Assembly: GCA_963848295.1 (NCBI GenBank)
Contig: CAWKDB010000011.1
Span: 400,963-464,962 of the forward strand
DNA length: 64,000 bases
Reading direction: 5' to 3'
Source: an uncultured delta proteobacterium
Lineage (GTDB): Bacteria; Myxococcota_A; Polyangia; Haliangiales; Haliangiaceae
The notes beneath the pieces are model-generated. The model ran no database searches and was not told where the DNA came from. It saw only the letters and a program-made list of their open reading frames with translations. Of this stretch, positions 21,092 to 31,326 are shown in pieces; the first letter of the stretch is position 1, and each line of letters begins with the position of its first letter. The position numbers and the translations under genes were made by a program.

Positions 21092-22453
21092 GTGGAGATG
21101 AATCCTGGCGCGGATGTTGCCTCGCCACGCCGGGGAGGTCCACGTGGTGCGTTCGGCTGGTTCGTGATCAAGACGCGGTGGCTCGTTGCGTTCACCGTGG
21201 CGGCGGTCGCTGCGATCGGCGCACTGGTCTACGTGGACGAGACGTACCGCTCCGAGGCCGGCCTCGACGATCTCGGCGAGCAGCAGGCCGCGGTCGCTCA
21301 AGCGGCGAGCCTCGCACTGGCGGCGGATGGCGATCGAGCGCCGAGCTCGCTCGCGGCACTCGCGCATCCGGGTACCGCCGTCGTGATGATCGGGCAAGTG
21401 GGTGGCGAGCTGCATACGCTCGACGGTCAGCGGATCACCGCCCCCGAGCTCGTGGCGGCGATCGATCACGGCGCTCGCACGGTGCGGATCGCGCCGGCCG
21501 ATGCTCCCGCGCTCGGCCTGCCCGAGCGCACCGCCATGGTCGGCATCGCGCGCACGCCGGACGGTCGGATCGTCGCCGTCGCGAGCAGCGCCGAGCATCA
21601 GCGCGATCGCGACCGCCAGGGCCGCATGCGCGTCTTGTCGTCGATGGTCCTCGCCGCGTCGGTGATGTCGGTGTTCGCGGCCGTCGTCTGGAAGAAGCAG
21701 CAATCCGAGGCTGCGCTATCGCGCGAGCTCGCGGTCGCCGAGACCGCGCGCAGCCGCGACGTCGAGCTCGATCGGCTGAATCGCGCCGCGACGATGGCCG
21801 CGCTCGGCTCGGGCGTCGCCCACGAGCTGTCGACGCCGCTCGGCGTGATCGTCGGGCGCGCCGAGCAACTGATCGCGCGGCTCGGCGATGACGCACGATC
21901 CGTCAAGAACGCGCAGGCGATCCTCGACCAGGCCGATCACATCAATCGCGTCGTGCGCGGGCTGCTCGGCCTCGCGCGCGGCGCGCCGATCGCGCTACAA
22001 GCGGTCGAGGCGAGCGCGCTGGTCCGCGACGCTGCTGCGCTCGTCGAGCATCGATTCCAGCGGGCGAACGTCAAGCTGTTGCCGGCGGTCGGCGGGACGC
22101 TGCCGGCGGTTCGCTGCGAGCCGCTGCTGTTCAAGCACGCGCTCGTGAACCTCCTGCTCAACGCGTGCGACGCGTCGCCGCCGAAGAGCACCGTGCGGCT
22201 CGACGTCCATGCCGATACGTCCGAGATCGCGTTCGTCGTCACCGACGAGGGCGAAGGCATCACCGAGTCCGACGCGGCGCGCGCGATCGAGCCGTTCTTC
22301 ACGACGAAGCCGGCCGGTCAAGGCACCGGGCTCGGCCTCGCGATCGCGAACGAGATCGCGAAGACCCATCGCGGCTCGCTCGACATCGCACCGCGCCCGC
22401 CGCGAGGCACGCGCGCCTGCATCCGGATTCCGATCGAAGGGGGCGCCACATGA
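21092..22453 (+). CDS. Membrane sensor histidine kinase, module 2 (start possibly 21164)
   Basis: TM, periplasmic segment and second TM, H-box VAHELSTPLGVIVG, and N/G boxes LVNLLLNACDAS and DEGEGI..GTGLGL. Confidence 0.8.
   Translation: MEMNPGADVASPRRGGPRGAFGWFVIKTRWLVAFTVAAVAAIGALVYVDETYRSEAGLDDLGEQQAAVAQAASLALAADGDRAPSSLAALAHPGTAVVMIGQVGGELHTLDGQRITAPELVAAIDHGARTVRIAPADAPALGLPERTAMVGIARTPDGRIVAVASSAEHQRDRDRQGRMRVLSSMVLAASVMSVFAAVVWKKQQSEAALSRELAVAETARSRDVELDRLNRAATMAALGSGVAHELSTPLGVIVGRAEQLIARLGDDARSVKNAQAILDQADHINRVVRGLLGLARGAPIALQAVEASALVRDAAALVEHRFQRANVKLLPAVGGTLPAVRCEPLLFKHALVNLLLNACDASPPKSTVRLDVHADTSEIAFVVTDEGEGITESDAARAIEPFFTTKPAGQGTGLGLAIANEIAKTHRGSLDIAPRPPRGTRACIRIPIEGGAT
21106..21121 (+). 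promoter_or_regulatory. Sigma-54 type -24/-12 element TGGCGCGGATGTTGCC facing the module 2 kinase/activator operon
   Basis: Matches TGGCACG-N4-TTGCW except at two positions. It implies the kinase starts near GTG 21164 (VIKTRWLVAFTVAAV..). Confidence 0.5.
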
Positions 22454-23805
22454 CCGACCTCAAGCCTCGCGTGATCGTCGTCGACGACAAGGTGGCGATG
22501 GCCGAGACGCTCGCCGACGGACTCGGCGATCACGACTACGAGGCGACCGCGCTCGGCTCCGGCCGCGCCGCGATCGAAGCGGTGCGAGCGGGCAGCGTCG
22601 ACCTCGTGGTCACCGATCTGCGCATGCCCGATGTCGACGGCCTCGCGCTGCTCGACGCGATTCGCGGCTCGAACCTCGATGTGCCGGTGATCGTCATGAC
22701 CGCGTACGGCGCGATCGATTCGGCCGTCGAGTCGATCCGCCGCGGCGCGTATCACTACCTCACCAAACCGTTCAAGCTCGACGAGCTCGTGATCTTCGTT
22801 CGCCGCGCGCTCGAAGAGCGCGCGCTGCGCCGCGAGACCGCCGAGCTACGCAGGACCCTCGGCGAGCAGTTCTCGCTGGCAGGCGTCATCGCGCGCAGCG
22901 CGGCGATGCAGCGGGTCCTGTCGATCGTCGAGCGCATCGCGCCGAGCGACGTCCCCGTGTTGATCACGGGTGAGACCGGCACGGGCAAGACCATGATCGC
23001 GCGCGCGATCCACGGCGCGAGCAAGCGCGCCGGTAAGCCCTTCATCGCGATCAACAGCGCCGCCCTGCCCGAGGCGCTACTCGAGAGCGAGTTGTTCGGT
23101 CACGTCAAGGGGGCGTTCACCGGCGCGACCGCGGATCACGCCGGGCTCTTCGCGTCCGCCGACGGCGGTACGATCCTGCTCGACGAGATCGGCGAGCTGC
23201 CGATCGGGCTCCAGGCGAAGCTGCTGCGCGTGCTCGAGTCCGGCAAGCTGCGGCCCGTCGGCTCGACGCGCGAGCGCTCCGCCGATGTACGCATCCTCGC
23301 GGCGACCCATCGCGACCTGCGGAATGCCGTCACACAGGGCACGTTCCGCGAGGATCTGCTCTACCGGCTCGACGTCGTCTCACTCGAAGTCCCCGCGCTG
23401 CGCCACCGCCGCGACGATATGGCGCCGCTGATCGAGCGCTTCCTCGCCGGCGCCGTGCACCGGCACCCGACCTCTCTGGGCACGCACTTCTCCCGCGACG
23501 CCATGCGACGAATGCTCGACCATGCGTGGCCCGGGAACGTCCGCGAGCTCGCACACGCGGTCGAACGCGGAGTCCTACTCGCGACCGGCAGCGAGATCAC
23601 GTTGTCCGAGCTCGAGCTCGTTGCCAGCTCGGCCGACCCCTCGACCGACTTTGGCGGCGCGATCGTCCCGATGATCGAGATCCAGCGCCGCTACGCGCGC
23701 TGGGCACTCGAACAGCTCGGCGGTCACAAGACGCGGACCGCCGAGCGCCTCGACGTCGACGCGAAGACGCTCAACCGCTGGCTCGCCACCGACGATTCCG
23801 GCTGA
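22450..23805 (+). CDS. NtrC-family sigma-54-dependent response regulator, module 2
   Basis: ATG 22450 overlaps the kinase TGA (ATGA). Receiver VIVVDDK..TDLRMPDVDG, Walker A GETGTGKT, HVKGAFTGA and a C-terminal HTH. Confidence 0.9.
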   Translation: MTDLKPRVIVVDDKVAMAETLADGLGDHDYEATALGSGRAAIEAVRAGSVDLVVTDLRMPDVDGLALLDAIRGSNLDVPVIVMTAYGAIDSAVESIRRGAYHYLTKPFKLDELVIFVRRALEERALRRETAELRRTLGEQFSLAGVIARSAAMQRVLSIVERIAPSDVPVLITGETGTGKTMIARAIHGASKRAGKPFIAINSAALPEALLESELFGHVKGAFTGATADHAGLFASADGGTILLDEIGELPIGLQAKLLRVLESGKLRPVGSTRERSADVRILAATHRDLRNAVTQGTFREDLLYRLDVVSLEVPALRHRRDDMAPLIERFLAGAVHRHPTSLGTHFSRDAMRRMLDHAWPGNVRELAHAVERGVLLATGSEITLSELELVASSADPSTDFGGAIVPMIEIQRRYARWALEQLGGHKTRTAERLDVDAKTLNRWLATDDSG

Positions 23806-23959
23806 TCCGCAGCCCCAGCGGCACCGGCGCAATCCGAGGGCCGCCGCCGCTAGACCGCGCACCGAGCGAAATCTCGATAGCACTCCAGCACCTACCGCCG
23901 CCGCGCGCGGCTCGGAACCCGAGGTGCGTGCACGCGTCGCGCGCCCTATCGTGGGCCGC

Positions 23960-24955
23960 ATGCAAAGCGTGATCATCACCGGCGGCAATACCGGCCTCGG
24001 CTTCGCCTGCGCCAAGACCATCGCGCGCGCCGGCGGCTGGCATCTCATCATCGCGTGTCGCAACCAGGCCAGCGGAGAGGCGGCTGCACAGCGGCTCCGC
24101 GCCGCGAGCGGCCCGGACACCACGGTCGAGACGTTGCCGCTCGACCTCGCGTCGCAGGTGTCGATTCGCTCGTTCGCCATGACGATCGCGACCGGTGGCC
24201 GCCCTCCCTTGCGCGCGATCGTCTGTAACGCAGGGATCCAGGTCGTCAGCGCTACGACGTATACGACGGACGGCGTCGAGACCACGTTCGGCGTGAATCA
24301 CCTCGGCCACTTCTTGCTCGTGCATTTGCTCGCGTCGCACCTCGAGGCGCCGGCGCGGATCGTCGTGGTGTCGAGCGGCACGCACGATGCGGACAAGCGC
24401 ACCGGGATGCCGGCGCCGGTGTTCACCGACGTCGCGTCCCTCGCACGTCCGTCTGTGACTGACGAGGACGTCGGCGTCGTTGGCCGCCGCGCGTATTCGA
24501 CGTCGAAGCTGTGCAACGTGATGTTCACGTACGAGCTCGCCCGTCGGCTGCACGACCGCGGGGTCACGGTCAACGCGTTCGACCCGGGCTTGATGCCGGG
24601 CTCGGGCCTCGCGCGCGACTACTCGTGGTTGCAGCGCTTCGGTTGGCACTACATCTTGCCGTTGTTGACGCTGGTGATGCGGAACGTCAACACGACGCGC
24701 AGGTCCGGCCGCCGGCTCGCCACGCTGGTGCTCGACCCCGCGATGAACGGCATCACCGGCCGGTACTTCGAGGGCTCGCGCGAGATCGCGTCGTCACGCG
24801 AATCGTACGACCCCGCCAAGACGCGCGCGCTGTGGGACGGCAGCGTCGCGCTCGCGCACCTCGCGCCGGGCGAATCGATCGGCGAGCCGACCGCGCCCCG
24901 ACCGATGCCCGCGCCGGTCGCGCGCGACGAGCTACCGTCCGTCGGGCCGAGCTGA
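23960..24955 (+). CDS. Short-chain dehydrogenase/reductase (SDR)
   Basis: Start trimmed to ATG 23960. TGGNTGLG cofactor motif and YSTSK catalytic motif. Confidence 0.8.
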   Translation: MQSVIITGGNTGLGFACAKTIARAGGWHLIIACRNQASGEAAAQRLRAASGPDTTVETLPLDLASQVSIRSFAMTIATGGRPPLRAIVCNAGIQVVSATTYTTDGVETTFGVNHLGHFLLVHLLASHLEAPARIVVVSSGTHDADKRTGMPAPVFTDVASLARPSVTDEDVGVVGRRAYSTSKLCNVMFTYELARRLHDRGVTVNAFDPGLMPGSGLARDYSWLQRFGWHYILPLLTLVMRNVNTTRRSGRRLATLVLDPAMNGITGRYFEGSREIASSRESYDPAKTRALWDGSVALAHLAPGESIGEPTAPRPMPAPVARDELPSVGPS

Positions 24956-25558
24956 CCGCGGCGCGCGCGCGTAACCCACGAACAGCGCGGTGAGCTCGTC
25001 GACGAGGCGGTCGTCATGGCTGCGCCGCGTGCGCACGGCCTCCGACAGCACCCCCATGATCGCGTGGACAAGCACGAACGCGGCGAGGTCGACATCGAGC
25101 GCCGGGAGCTCCGCAGAGAACCGCGACAGGTGCATGGCCACCATCGGCTCGAGCTGACGGTGCAGGACCTCGAGCCGCTTGGCGCCATCGACGCGCGGCA
25201 GCTCCTCGGCGAGCACCGCGTTGAGCTCGAGCTCGCTCGCCTTCGCGGCGAGCAGCGCGGCGATCACCCGTCGGATCGCGGGCTCGAACCCCAACGCCGG
25301 ATCGACCGCCGCCAGCGCCGCGGCCATCATGCGCCGAAAGAAATCCTCGACGAGCTCGGACAGCAGCGCGTCCTTGCTCGGAAAGTACTCGTACAGGCTA
25401 CCGATGCTCACGCCGGCGACCGCGGCGACGCGCTCGGTCGTGAACCCCGCATAGCCGTGCTCGACCAACACCTTGCGCGACGCGACGAGCATCGCATCGA
25501 CCGTCACCGCCGAGCGGGTCTGGCGCGGCTTGCGTCGCGGCTTGAGCCGATCAGCCAT
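24932..25558 (-). CDS. TetR-family transcriptional regulator
   Basis: N-terminal HTH FTTERVAAVAGVSIGSLYEYFPSKDALL. Confidence 0.85.
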   Translation of the reverse strand: MADRLKPRRKPRQTRSAVTVDAMLVASRKVLVEHGYAGFTTERVAAVAGVSIGSLYEYFPSKDALLSELVEDFFRRMMAAALAAVDPALGFEPAIRRVIAALLAAKASELELNAVLAEELPRVDGAKRLEVLHRQLEPMVAMHLSRFSAELPALDVDLAAFVLVHAIMGVLSEAVRTRRSHDDRLVDELTALFVGYARAPRSARPDGR

Positions 25559-25605
25559 CGGGCACGAGTCTGCCTTGGAACCGGCGCGCCGGGAGCCGCG
25601 CGCCG

Positions 25606-26361
25606 CTAGAACCTGAGATGACCGACGTACGGATGATATCGACCATCCGCATCAACCTCGTCGTTGTACGGCGTGACCTCGTCGTTGCCGGTGAACAGCT
25701 GCGCGACCGCGGTGATCGGCGTCTGCGATCGGCTCACCACGATCAGCTGCGGGGTGCAGCTCGGTGCCGCGGCAGCGCCGAGCCCACACACCTGGATGAG
25801 CTCGCCGTCCCGCGCGAAGTCCCGGAACCCGACATCGCGCGGCGTGCGGTAGAACAGCACGAGCTCCTCGGCGCCACCCTTGACCGCATCGATGAATGAC
25901 AGCGTCGGTACCCGAAAGTACATGGGCCGGTCGCGGTGAAACGGCGTGCACGAGTGGTGTGGCCGGTCACAGGGCGGGAAGTACTCGGTGTCTTCCTTGC
26001 CGTCGGTCCCGAGGAAGGTCGCGTACCACTGTCCAGCGACGTTCGCGAACAACGCGAAGTGGCTCGTGTCTGCGTACGCTCGGTCGCGGTCGCGGACCGC
26101 ACCGATCTCGACGCCGCGCCAACCGCGTCCGGATCGCGCCGTTGCTTCGACGCGATACGTGGCACACGAACCTCGCGCGCCGAGGACTTGTTCGCAAGCG
26201 AGCGCGCGCGTGGCGAACGGACCGGCGAGCGCGATCCCCGGGACGTCCGCTGGCTTCACTTCGAGTGCAGCCGGGGTTGCGCCGACTACCGCCGCATCGA
26301 CGCCTGCCAGGGACACGAGCCCAGCAGCGACGATTCCAATGCGCACGCCTCGCAGTAGCAT
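25606..26361 (-). CDS. Hypothetical secreted protein
   Basis: Signal-peptide-like N-terminus. No recognisable domain. The frame is supported only by ORF length and position upstream of TetR. Confidence 0.45.
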   Translation of the reverse strand: MLLRGVRIGIVAAGLVSLAGVDAAVVGATPAALEVKPADVPGIALAGPFATRALACEQVLGARGSCATYRVEATARSGRGWRGVEIGAVRDRDRAYADTSHFALFANVAGQWYATFLGTDGKEDTEYFPPCDRPHHSCTPFHRDRPMYFRVPTLSFIDAVKGGAEELVLFYRTPRDVGFRDFARDGELIQVCGLGAAAAPSCTPQLIVVSRSQTPITAVAQLFTGNDEVTPYNDEVDADGRYHPYVGHLRF

Positions 26362-26466
26362 TCGCGCACACTCGGCGCCATGAAATCGCTGGTCGCCTTG
26401 GTGCCGCGGTGCCGCAGCTGATCCGGCTGCGGATGCGAGCCGTGACGGCGCCGTGAGCCCGACGGG

Positions 26467-27405
26467 TTACCTCACGCTCGTGACCGGGGTCGTCGACTGG
26501 ATCACGGCGACGAAGTCGAACGTCGCGGTGATGAAGTGCCCGCCGACGTAGATTCCCGGTGTCGCGGTGAGCGCGAGCCCCGAACCGGCGACGCTCTGGA
26601 TCCCGCCATCGACGTAGCCCTCGATCGCGAGCGTCTGAGAGGACACCGACTCGTCGATCTGCACCGCCCATGGCCCGAGCTCGAGCGGCGCGGGCAACGT
26701 GACCGAGCCGAGCGTTCCCGGCGACGTGATGCCCGTCGATGCAATGTGAAACGTGCTGGTCGTCGCGCCGCTGTCGATCAGCTCGAAGTAGTAGTAGCTC
26801 GAGCCGCTGGGCGACCTGCTGAAGGACACGGTCAGGTTGTGAAAGCTCGCGCCCGAGACGAGTGCTTCGATCATGCCGCCGGTCACGATCCGGATCTCGC
26901 CGGTCGGGATCGAGCCATCATAGGCATTCGCCGCCGCGACGATCGACGTGATCTCGAGCGCATCGTTCGCGACCGTGTCCATCGAATCCAGCGTCCAATC
27001 CATCGGCTGCTGCGCGAAGGTCTCGAACAGCAACCATTTCTGCTCGGCGATGTCGGGCTCTGGGTCGCAGGCGTCGCCGACGCCATCGCCATCGCTATCG
27101 TCGGCGTTGCCCGGGAGATACGGGCACGGATCGCACGCGTCGCCGAGGCCATCGGCATCTTCGTCGTGTTGATCGGCGTTGGCGACGGTCGGACAGTTGT
27201 CGATCGCGTCGGGGATGCCGTCGCCGTCGCTATCGGGACCGGGCACCGCATCGATCGAGCTGTCGGCGATCACCGTCCCCGCCGGCTCGCACGCGTGGCT
27301 GACGCACACGAGCTGGTCCGGGCACGTGGTGTCGCATGCCGAGCCGACCAGGTCGTGCGACGCGTAGCACCCGGCCAGAGCGACGACCACGAGCGCGCGC
27401 GACAC
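26467..27405 (-). CDS. Thrombospondin type 3 repeat (calcium-binding) lipoprotein
   Basis: Lipobox LAGCYA. Has [38 protein letters not shown] and a further [12 protein letters not shown] repeat. Confidence 0.7.
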   Translation of the reverse strand: MSRALVVVALAGCYASHDLVGSACDTTCPDQLVCVSHACEPAGTVIADSSIDAVPGPDSDGDGIPDAIDNCPTVANADQHDEDADGLGDACDPCPYLPGNADDSDGDGVGDACDPEPDIAEQKWLLFETFAQQPMDWTLDSMDTVANDALEITSIVAAANAYDGSIPTGEIRIVTGGMIEALVSGASFHNLTVSFSRSPSGSSYYYFELIDSGATTSTFHIASTGITSPGTLGSVTLPAPLELGPWAVQIDESVSSQTLAIEGYVDGGIQSVAGSGLALTATPGIYVGGHFITATFDFVAVIQSTTPVTSVR

Positions 27406-27457
27406 GACGTCGAGGATACCCTTGCGGCGTCCCCAGCGGGGCTGCTACGTCAGGCGC

Positions 27458-28375
27458 ATGACTGAACGCATCGTCCACGTCTGCAACGGCGACAGCACCG
27501 CCGGCTCGCTCGAGCTCGCCGAGCTGCCTGGCGAGATCGTGGTGTGGGCCGACGCCCTCGATCAAGGGCCGTTGCTGCCGGTCGGTGACGCCGAGCACTA
27601 CGCCGCGCGCGCGGCGTTCTGGGCAGAACGTGGACAGCCCAGTACGAGCGAACGTCTCGCGCAGTACGACCGAGACTTCGACGCCGCCGCGAGCGCCGAC
27701 GAGCTCGTGCTGTGGTTCGAGCACGATCTGTTCGATCAGCTCGCGCTATGCCGACTGCTCGCCCGGCTATCGCGCCGCGGGATGCCGGCGACGCTGTCGA
27801 TCGTCTCGATCGATCGCCACCCCGAGATCGCGACTTTCATCGGCCTGGGCCAGCTCGAGCCAGAGCAGCTCGCCGCGCTGTGGCCCCGGCGCACGCCGCT
27901 GTCGCGCGATGCGATCGACGAAGCGATCACCGCGTGGATCGCGGTGACCTCGGCCGATCCGCGCGCGCTGCCGTACCTGACCCGCCGGATCAAGGCGATG
28001 CCGTTTCTCGCCGGCGCGCTCGAGCGCCAGCTCGAAGAGCTACCGGATGCGACGAGCGGGATGACGCGGACCGAGCGTCAGCTACTCGCCGCGATCGCAC
28101 GCAGCGAAGCCGAGCTGGTGCCGGCGTTGCAAGCGATCGATCCGCGCTATCCGATCACCGATGTCGTGCTTGCGGCGACGCAGCAAGCGCTCGCCCGCTG
28201 CGGGTTCGTGGACGGGTCTGGCCAGGTCACGCCGCTCGGCCGTCAGGCGCTCTCCGGCGCGATCGATCGCGTGCACGAGTGCGGCATCGACGATTGGCGC
28301 GGCGCGGTTCGGCTCGCCGGCCGCGGCCCGGTGTGGCGGTGGGACAGCCGCGAGCGCAAGCTGTTCGAGAAGTAA
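27458..28375 (+). CDS. DUF1835-like protein
   Basis: Start trimmed to ATG 27458. The N-terminal VHVCNGDSTAGSLELA pattern resembles DUF1835 (assigned from memory, not searched). Confidence 0.5.
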   Translation: MTERIVHVCNGDSTAGSLELAELPGEIVVWADALDQGPLLPVGDAEHYAARAAFWAERGQPSTSERLAQYDRDFDAAASADELVLWFEHDLFDQLALCRLLARLSRRGMPATLSIVSIDRHPEIATFIGLGQLEPEQLAALWPRRTPLSRDAIDEAITAWIAVTSADPRALPYLTRRIKAMPFLAGALERQLEELPDATSGMTRTERQLLAAIARSEAELVPALQAIDPRYPITDVVLAATQQALARCGFVDGSGQVTPLGRQALSGAIDRVHECGIDDWRGAVRLAGRGPVWRWDSRERKLFEK

Positions 28376-28705
28376 CTACGCGACCGCGAGTCTCTCGACG
28401 ACGCCGTCCATCGTGCCGGCGAGCATGTGTCGCCACATCCGGAGATCGCCGCGCAGCGACCACACCGCGAACTTCGCGCTCCCCCATGTCGCGGGCTTGT
28501 TCTTCTCGAACACGAAGTGCCCGAACCACGCGAAGCCATAGCCGGCGATCGGCGCGGCGAGCAAGGCTTGCGGGACGAACGGCGCGACCGCGACGCAGCC
28601 CATCGCGAGCGACGTGCCGATGAAGTGGAGCTGGCGCGACGTCTTGTTGCGATGCTGCGAGACGTAGTACGGCCAGAATTCTTCGAAGCTCTGTGGAGCG
28701 CTCAT
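28376..28705 (-). CDS. DUF962 / Mpo1-like small membrane protein
   Basis: FEEFWPYYVSQHRNKTSRQLHFIGT followed by two TM segments. Confidence 0.6.
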   Translation of the reverse strand: MSAPQSFEEFWPYYVSQHRNKTSRQLHFIGTSLAMGCVAVAPFVPQALLAAPIAGYGFAWFGHFVFEKNKPATWGSAKFAVWSLRGDLRMWRHMLAGTMDGVVERLAVA

Positions 28706-28959
28706 GGCCGCGAGATAGCGCGGCCATCCGGCGGTGTCACCGATGGATCGACGCCACCAGGCGCAGGAAATGGCTCGCGCCTTGGATAACTCGATGAGCA
28801 GTGCGGGAGCTGAAGGCTAGCCATTTAGGCGGAATTGCCCGAGATCTCGGCGGGGTCACTACGCACCAGTTGGGGTCTGGGGTCCCAGATCCGGGGCCAC
28901 GCAACCCATACACAACACGAGGTTACCAATGTTCGCGCCCAGGCACGTAACTTGTACAC

Positions 28960-29778
<819 letters not shown>

Positions 29779-29799
29779 CTACAGCTCATGCGCATCGCG

Positions 29800-29830
29800 A
29801 CGGCCCGCCCTGCGGGCCGTTTGCGTTTTC
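29800..29830 (+). terminator. Rho-independent terminator candidate
   Basis: ACGGCCCG-ccctg-CGGGCCGT followed by TTGCGTTTTC, 22 nt after the stop at 29778. Confidence 0.6.
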
Positions 29831-29836
29831 GGAAAT

Positions 29837-29906
29837 GGTGACGCTGTCTCTATTGTCAACTTGCGTCGAAGAAGTCTGGGGACGGTGTCGCTATTGTCAA
29901 CTTGCG
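29837..29906. repeat. Two 29-bp direct repeats (26/29 identical) spaced 41 bp apart
   Basis: GGTGACGCTGTCTCTATTGTCAACTTGCG at 29837-29865 and GGGGACGGTGTCGCTATTGTCAACTTGCG at 29878-29906, in a low-GC convergent intergenic region. Confidence 0.8.
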
Positions 29907-29947
29907 AGACACGAGGGGACTTGGAGTCCCTTGGCCGTAAAGCACAT

Positions 29948-29974
29948 CGCGTCCCTGCTAGCGCCGGGGACGCG
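29948..29974 (-). terminator. Hairpin downstream of the minus-strand Cys-rich gene
   Basis: CGCGTCCC-N11-GGGACGCG. The U tract is weak. Confidence 0.3.
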
Positions 29975-29991
29975 ACACGACGGACAGCGGC

Positions 29992-30978
29992 TCAATCGCA
30001 GACCGGGAGCTCTTCGCAGCTGGATAGCTCGCCCGAGTCCTCGCAGAAGCTACTGACGCAGTCGTTGTTGGTATCGCAGATCGCGCCATCGGCGAACAGC
30101 GCGATGCAGGTCCCCGACGGCGCATCGCAGAACGCGTCGGCCTCGCAGCGCTCGCTGCACGGCGAGCCGATGTCGGGGGCATCCGCGCACAGGCCGGACC
30201 CGGCATCGCAGACGCCGTACGGCGAACAGTCGGCGGCGCCGGTGCATGGGGCGCCGGTGAGCCCGACCGGCTCGCAAATCTTCGACGCGTTGCAGTGATC
30301 GCCGATCTCAGCGCACAGCCCGTTCGGACACGGCTGGCCGTCCGCGGCAGCGGCGTAGCATGTGCCCGGGAACGTCGCGGTCGAGCACGCGAGCCCGTAC
30401 ACGCAATCGGCGTCGATGTAACAGTTGTCGCCTTGGTTCCCGAACGCGACGCATACCTTATCGATCGTGCAGTACGAACCAGCGACGCAATCCGCCGTGA
30501 TGTTGCACGCGTCTCCGATCGCCGCTGCGCCCGCGACCGCGCACGTGCCGGCGCAACAAGCGGACGGATCACAGTTGCTGCCGAGGGCGCACCGCCCGGA
30601 GTCGCACTCGGAGTCGAGGAAGCACGGATCTGCGATCGCGCCATCGCCGGTGAAGACCTCAGCGCACACCGCAGGCGGCAGGCGAGCGCCCTCGGTCGAG
30701 CCGTCGCACGTGATCCCGGCGAGCGCGTTGACGCAGCCGTTCGCAGCCTCGCCGTCGTAGTGGACCTTGCCGGCGGTGACCGCGGCGTCGAGGCTGGTGT
30801 TCGGGACGAGCTTGAAGAACGCAAGGCACGCCGTCGAGCTCTCGAACAGCCCACAGCGAACCAACCGCGTGCACTGCGCCGCGACCTGACGCGACGCGAA
30901 GTCATCGTATGCGATCGTCGGAGCCGGCTTACACGCGGCAACTGCGAGCAACACGCCTGCAATCCGCGAGCACCTCAC
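29992..30978 (-). CDS. Cysteine-rich repeat lipoprotein
   Basis: Lipobox LAVAACK, then repeated units of the type C..D.DC..G..C. Confidence 0.65.
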   Translation of the reverse strand: MRCSRIAGVLLAVAACKPAPTIAYDDFASRQVAAQCTRLVRCGLFESSTACLAFFKLVPNTSLDAAVTAGKVHYDGEAANGCVNALAGITCDGSTEGARLPPAVCAEVFTGDGAIADPCFLDSECDSGRCALGSNCDPSACCAGTCAVAGAAAIGDACNITADCVAGSYCTIDKVCVAFGNQGDNCYIDADCVYGLACSTATFPGTCYAAAADGQPCPNGLCAEIGDHCNASKICEPVGLTGAPCTGAADCSPYGVCDAGSGLCADAPDIGSPCSERCEADAFCDAPSGTCIALFADGAICDTNNDCVSSFCEDSGELSSCEELPVCD

Positions 30979-31006
30979 TCGAGCGATGGTACCCGAACGC
31001 CGGTGA

Positions 31007-31288
31007 CTACGGCTTGCCCATGACTTTGCGGACCCACGAACGCGCCTGGACGACCCCGCCGCTGACTCCGCTCATCCAGCTCGACCGGCCGGTCGCCTTC
31101 GCGATCTTGGGGCCGAAGAAGTACAGCGCCGCCGCCCACGCCACCACGAGGACGTAGACCGCCAAGCTCATGCCGGGCACGACCATCGCGAGCAGTAACG
31201 CCCCGGCGGTCAGCACCGCGACCACGATGCCCAGCCGTAGCCCGAGGTACCAGGCCGTCAAACCACCGACGATCAGCGCGGGAATCAC
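31007..31288 (-). CDS. Small integral membrane protein
   Basis: 93 aa with three hydrophobic segments. Confidence 0.45.
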   Translation of the reverse strand: MIPALIVGGLTAWYLGLRLGIVVAVLTAGALLLAMVVPGMSLAVYVLVVAWAAALYFFGPKIAKATGRSSWMSGVSGGVVQARSWVRKVMGKP

Positions 31289-31326
31289 AGCCCAAGGCTA
31301 GCACGCCGGCGGGCCGCAACCAGGGC

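Noticed and set aside
28768-28826. The inverted repeat AAATGGCT-N43-AGCCATTT and the palindrome CCGAGATCTCGG, in the divergent promoter region at 28.7-28.96 kb, could be a small RNA or riboswitch.
   Set aside because: The stems are short with no conserved riboswitch core that I can recognise. They are most simply operator or promoter elements for the flanking genes, and I did not have enough to report them as a feature.
29835-30056. A 73-aa ORF covers the 29-bp direct repeats.
   Set aside because: It runs through two terminator-like hairpins into the 3' end of the convergent gene and has no coding signature.
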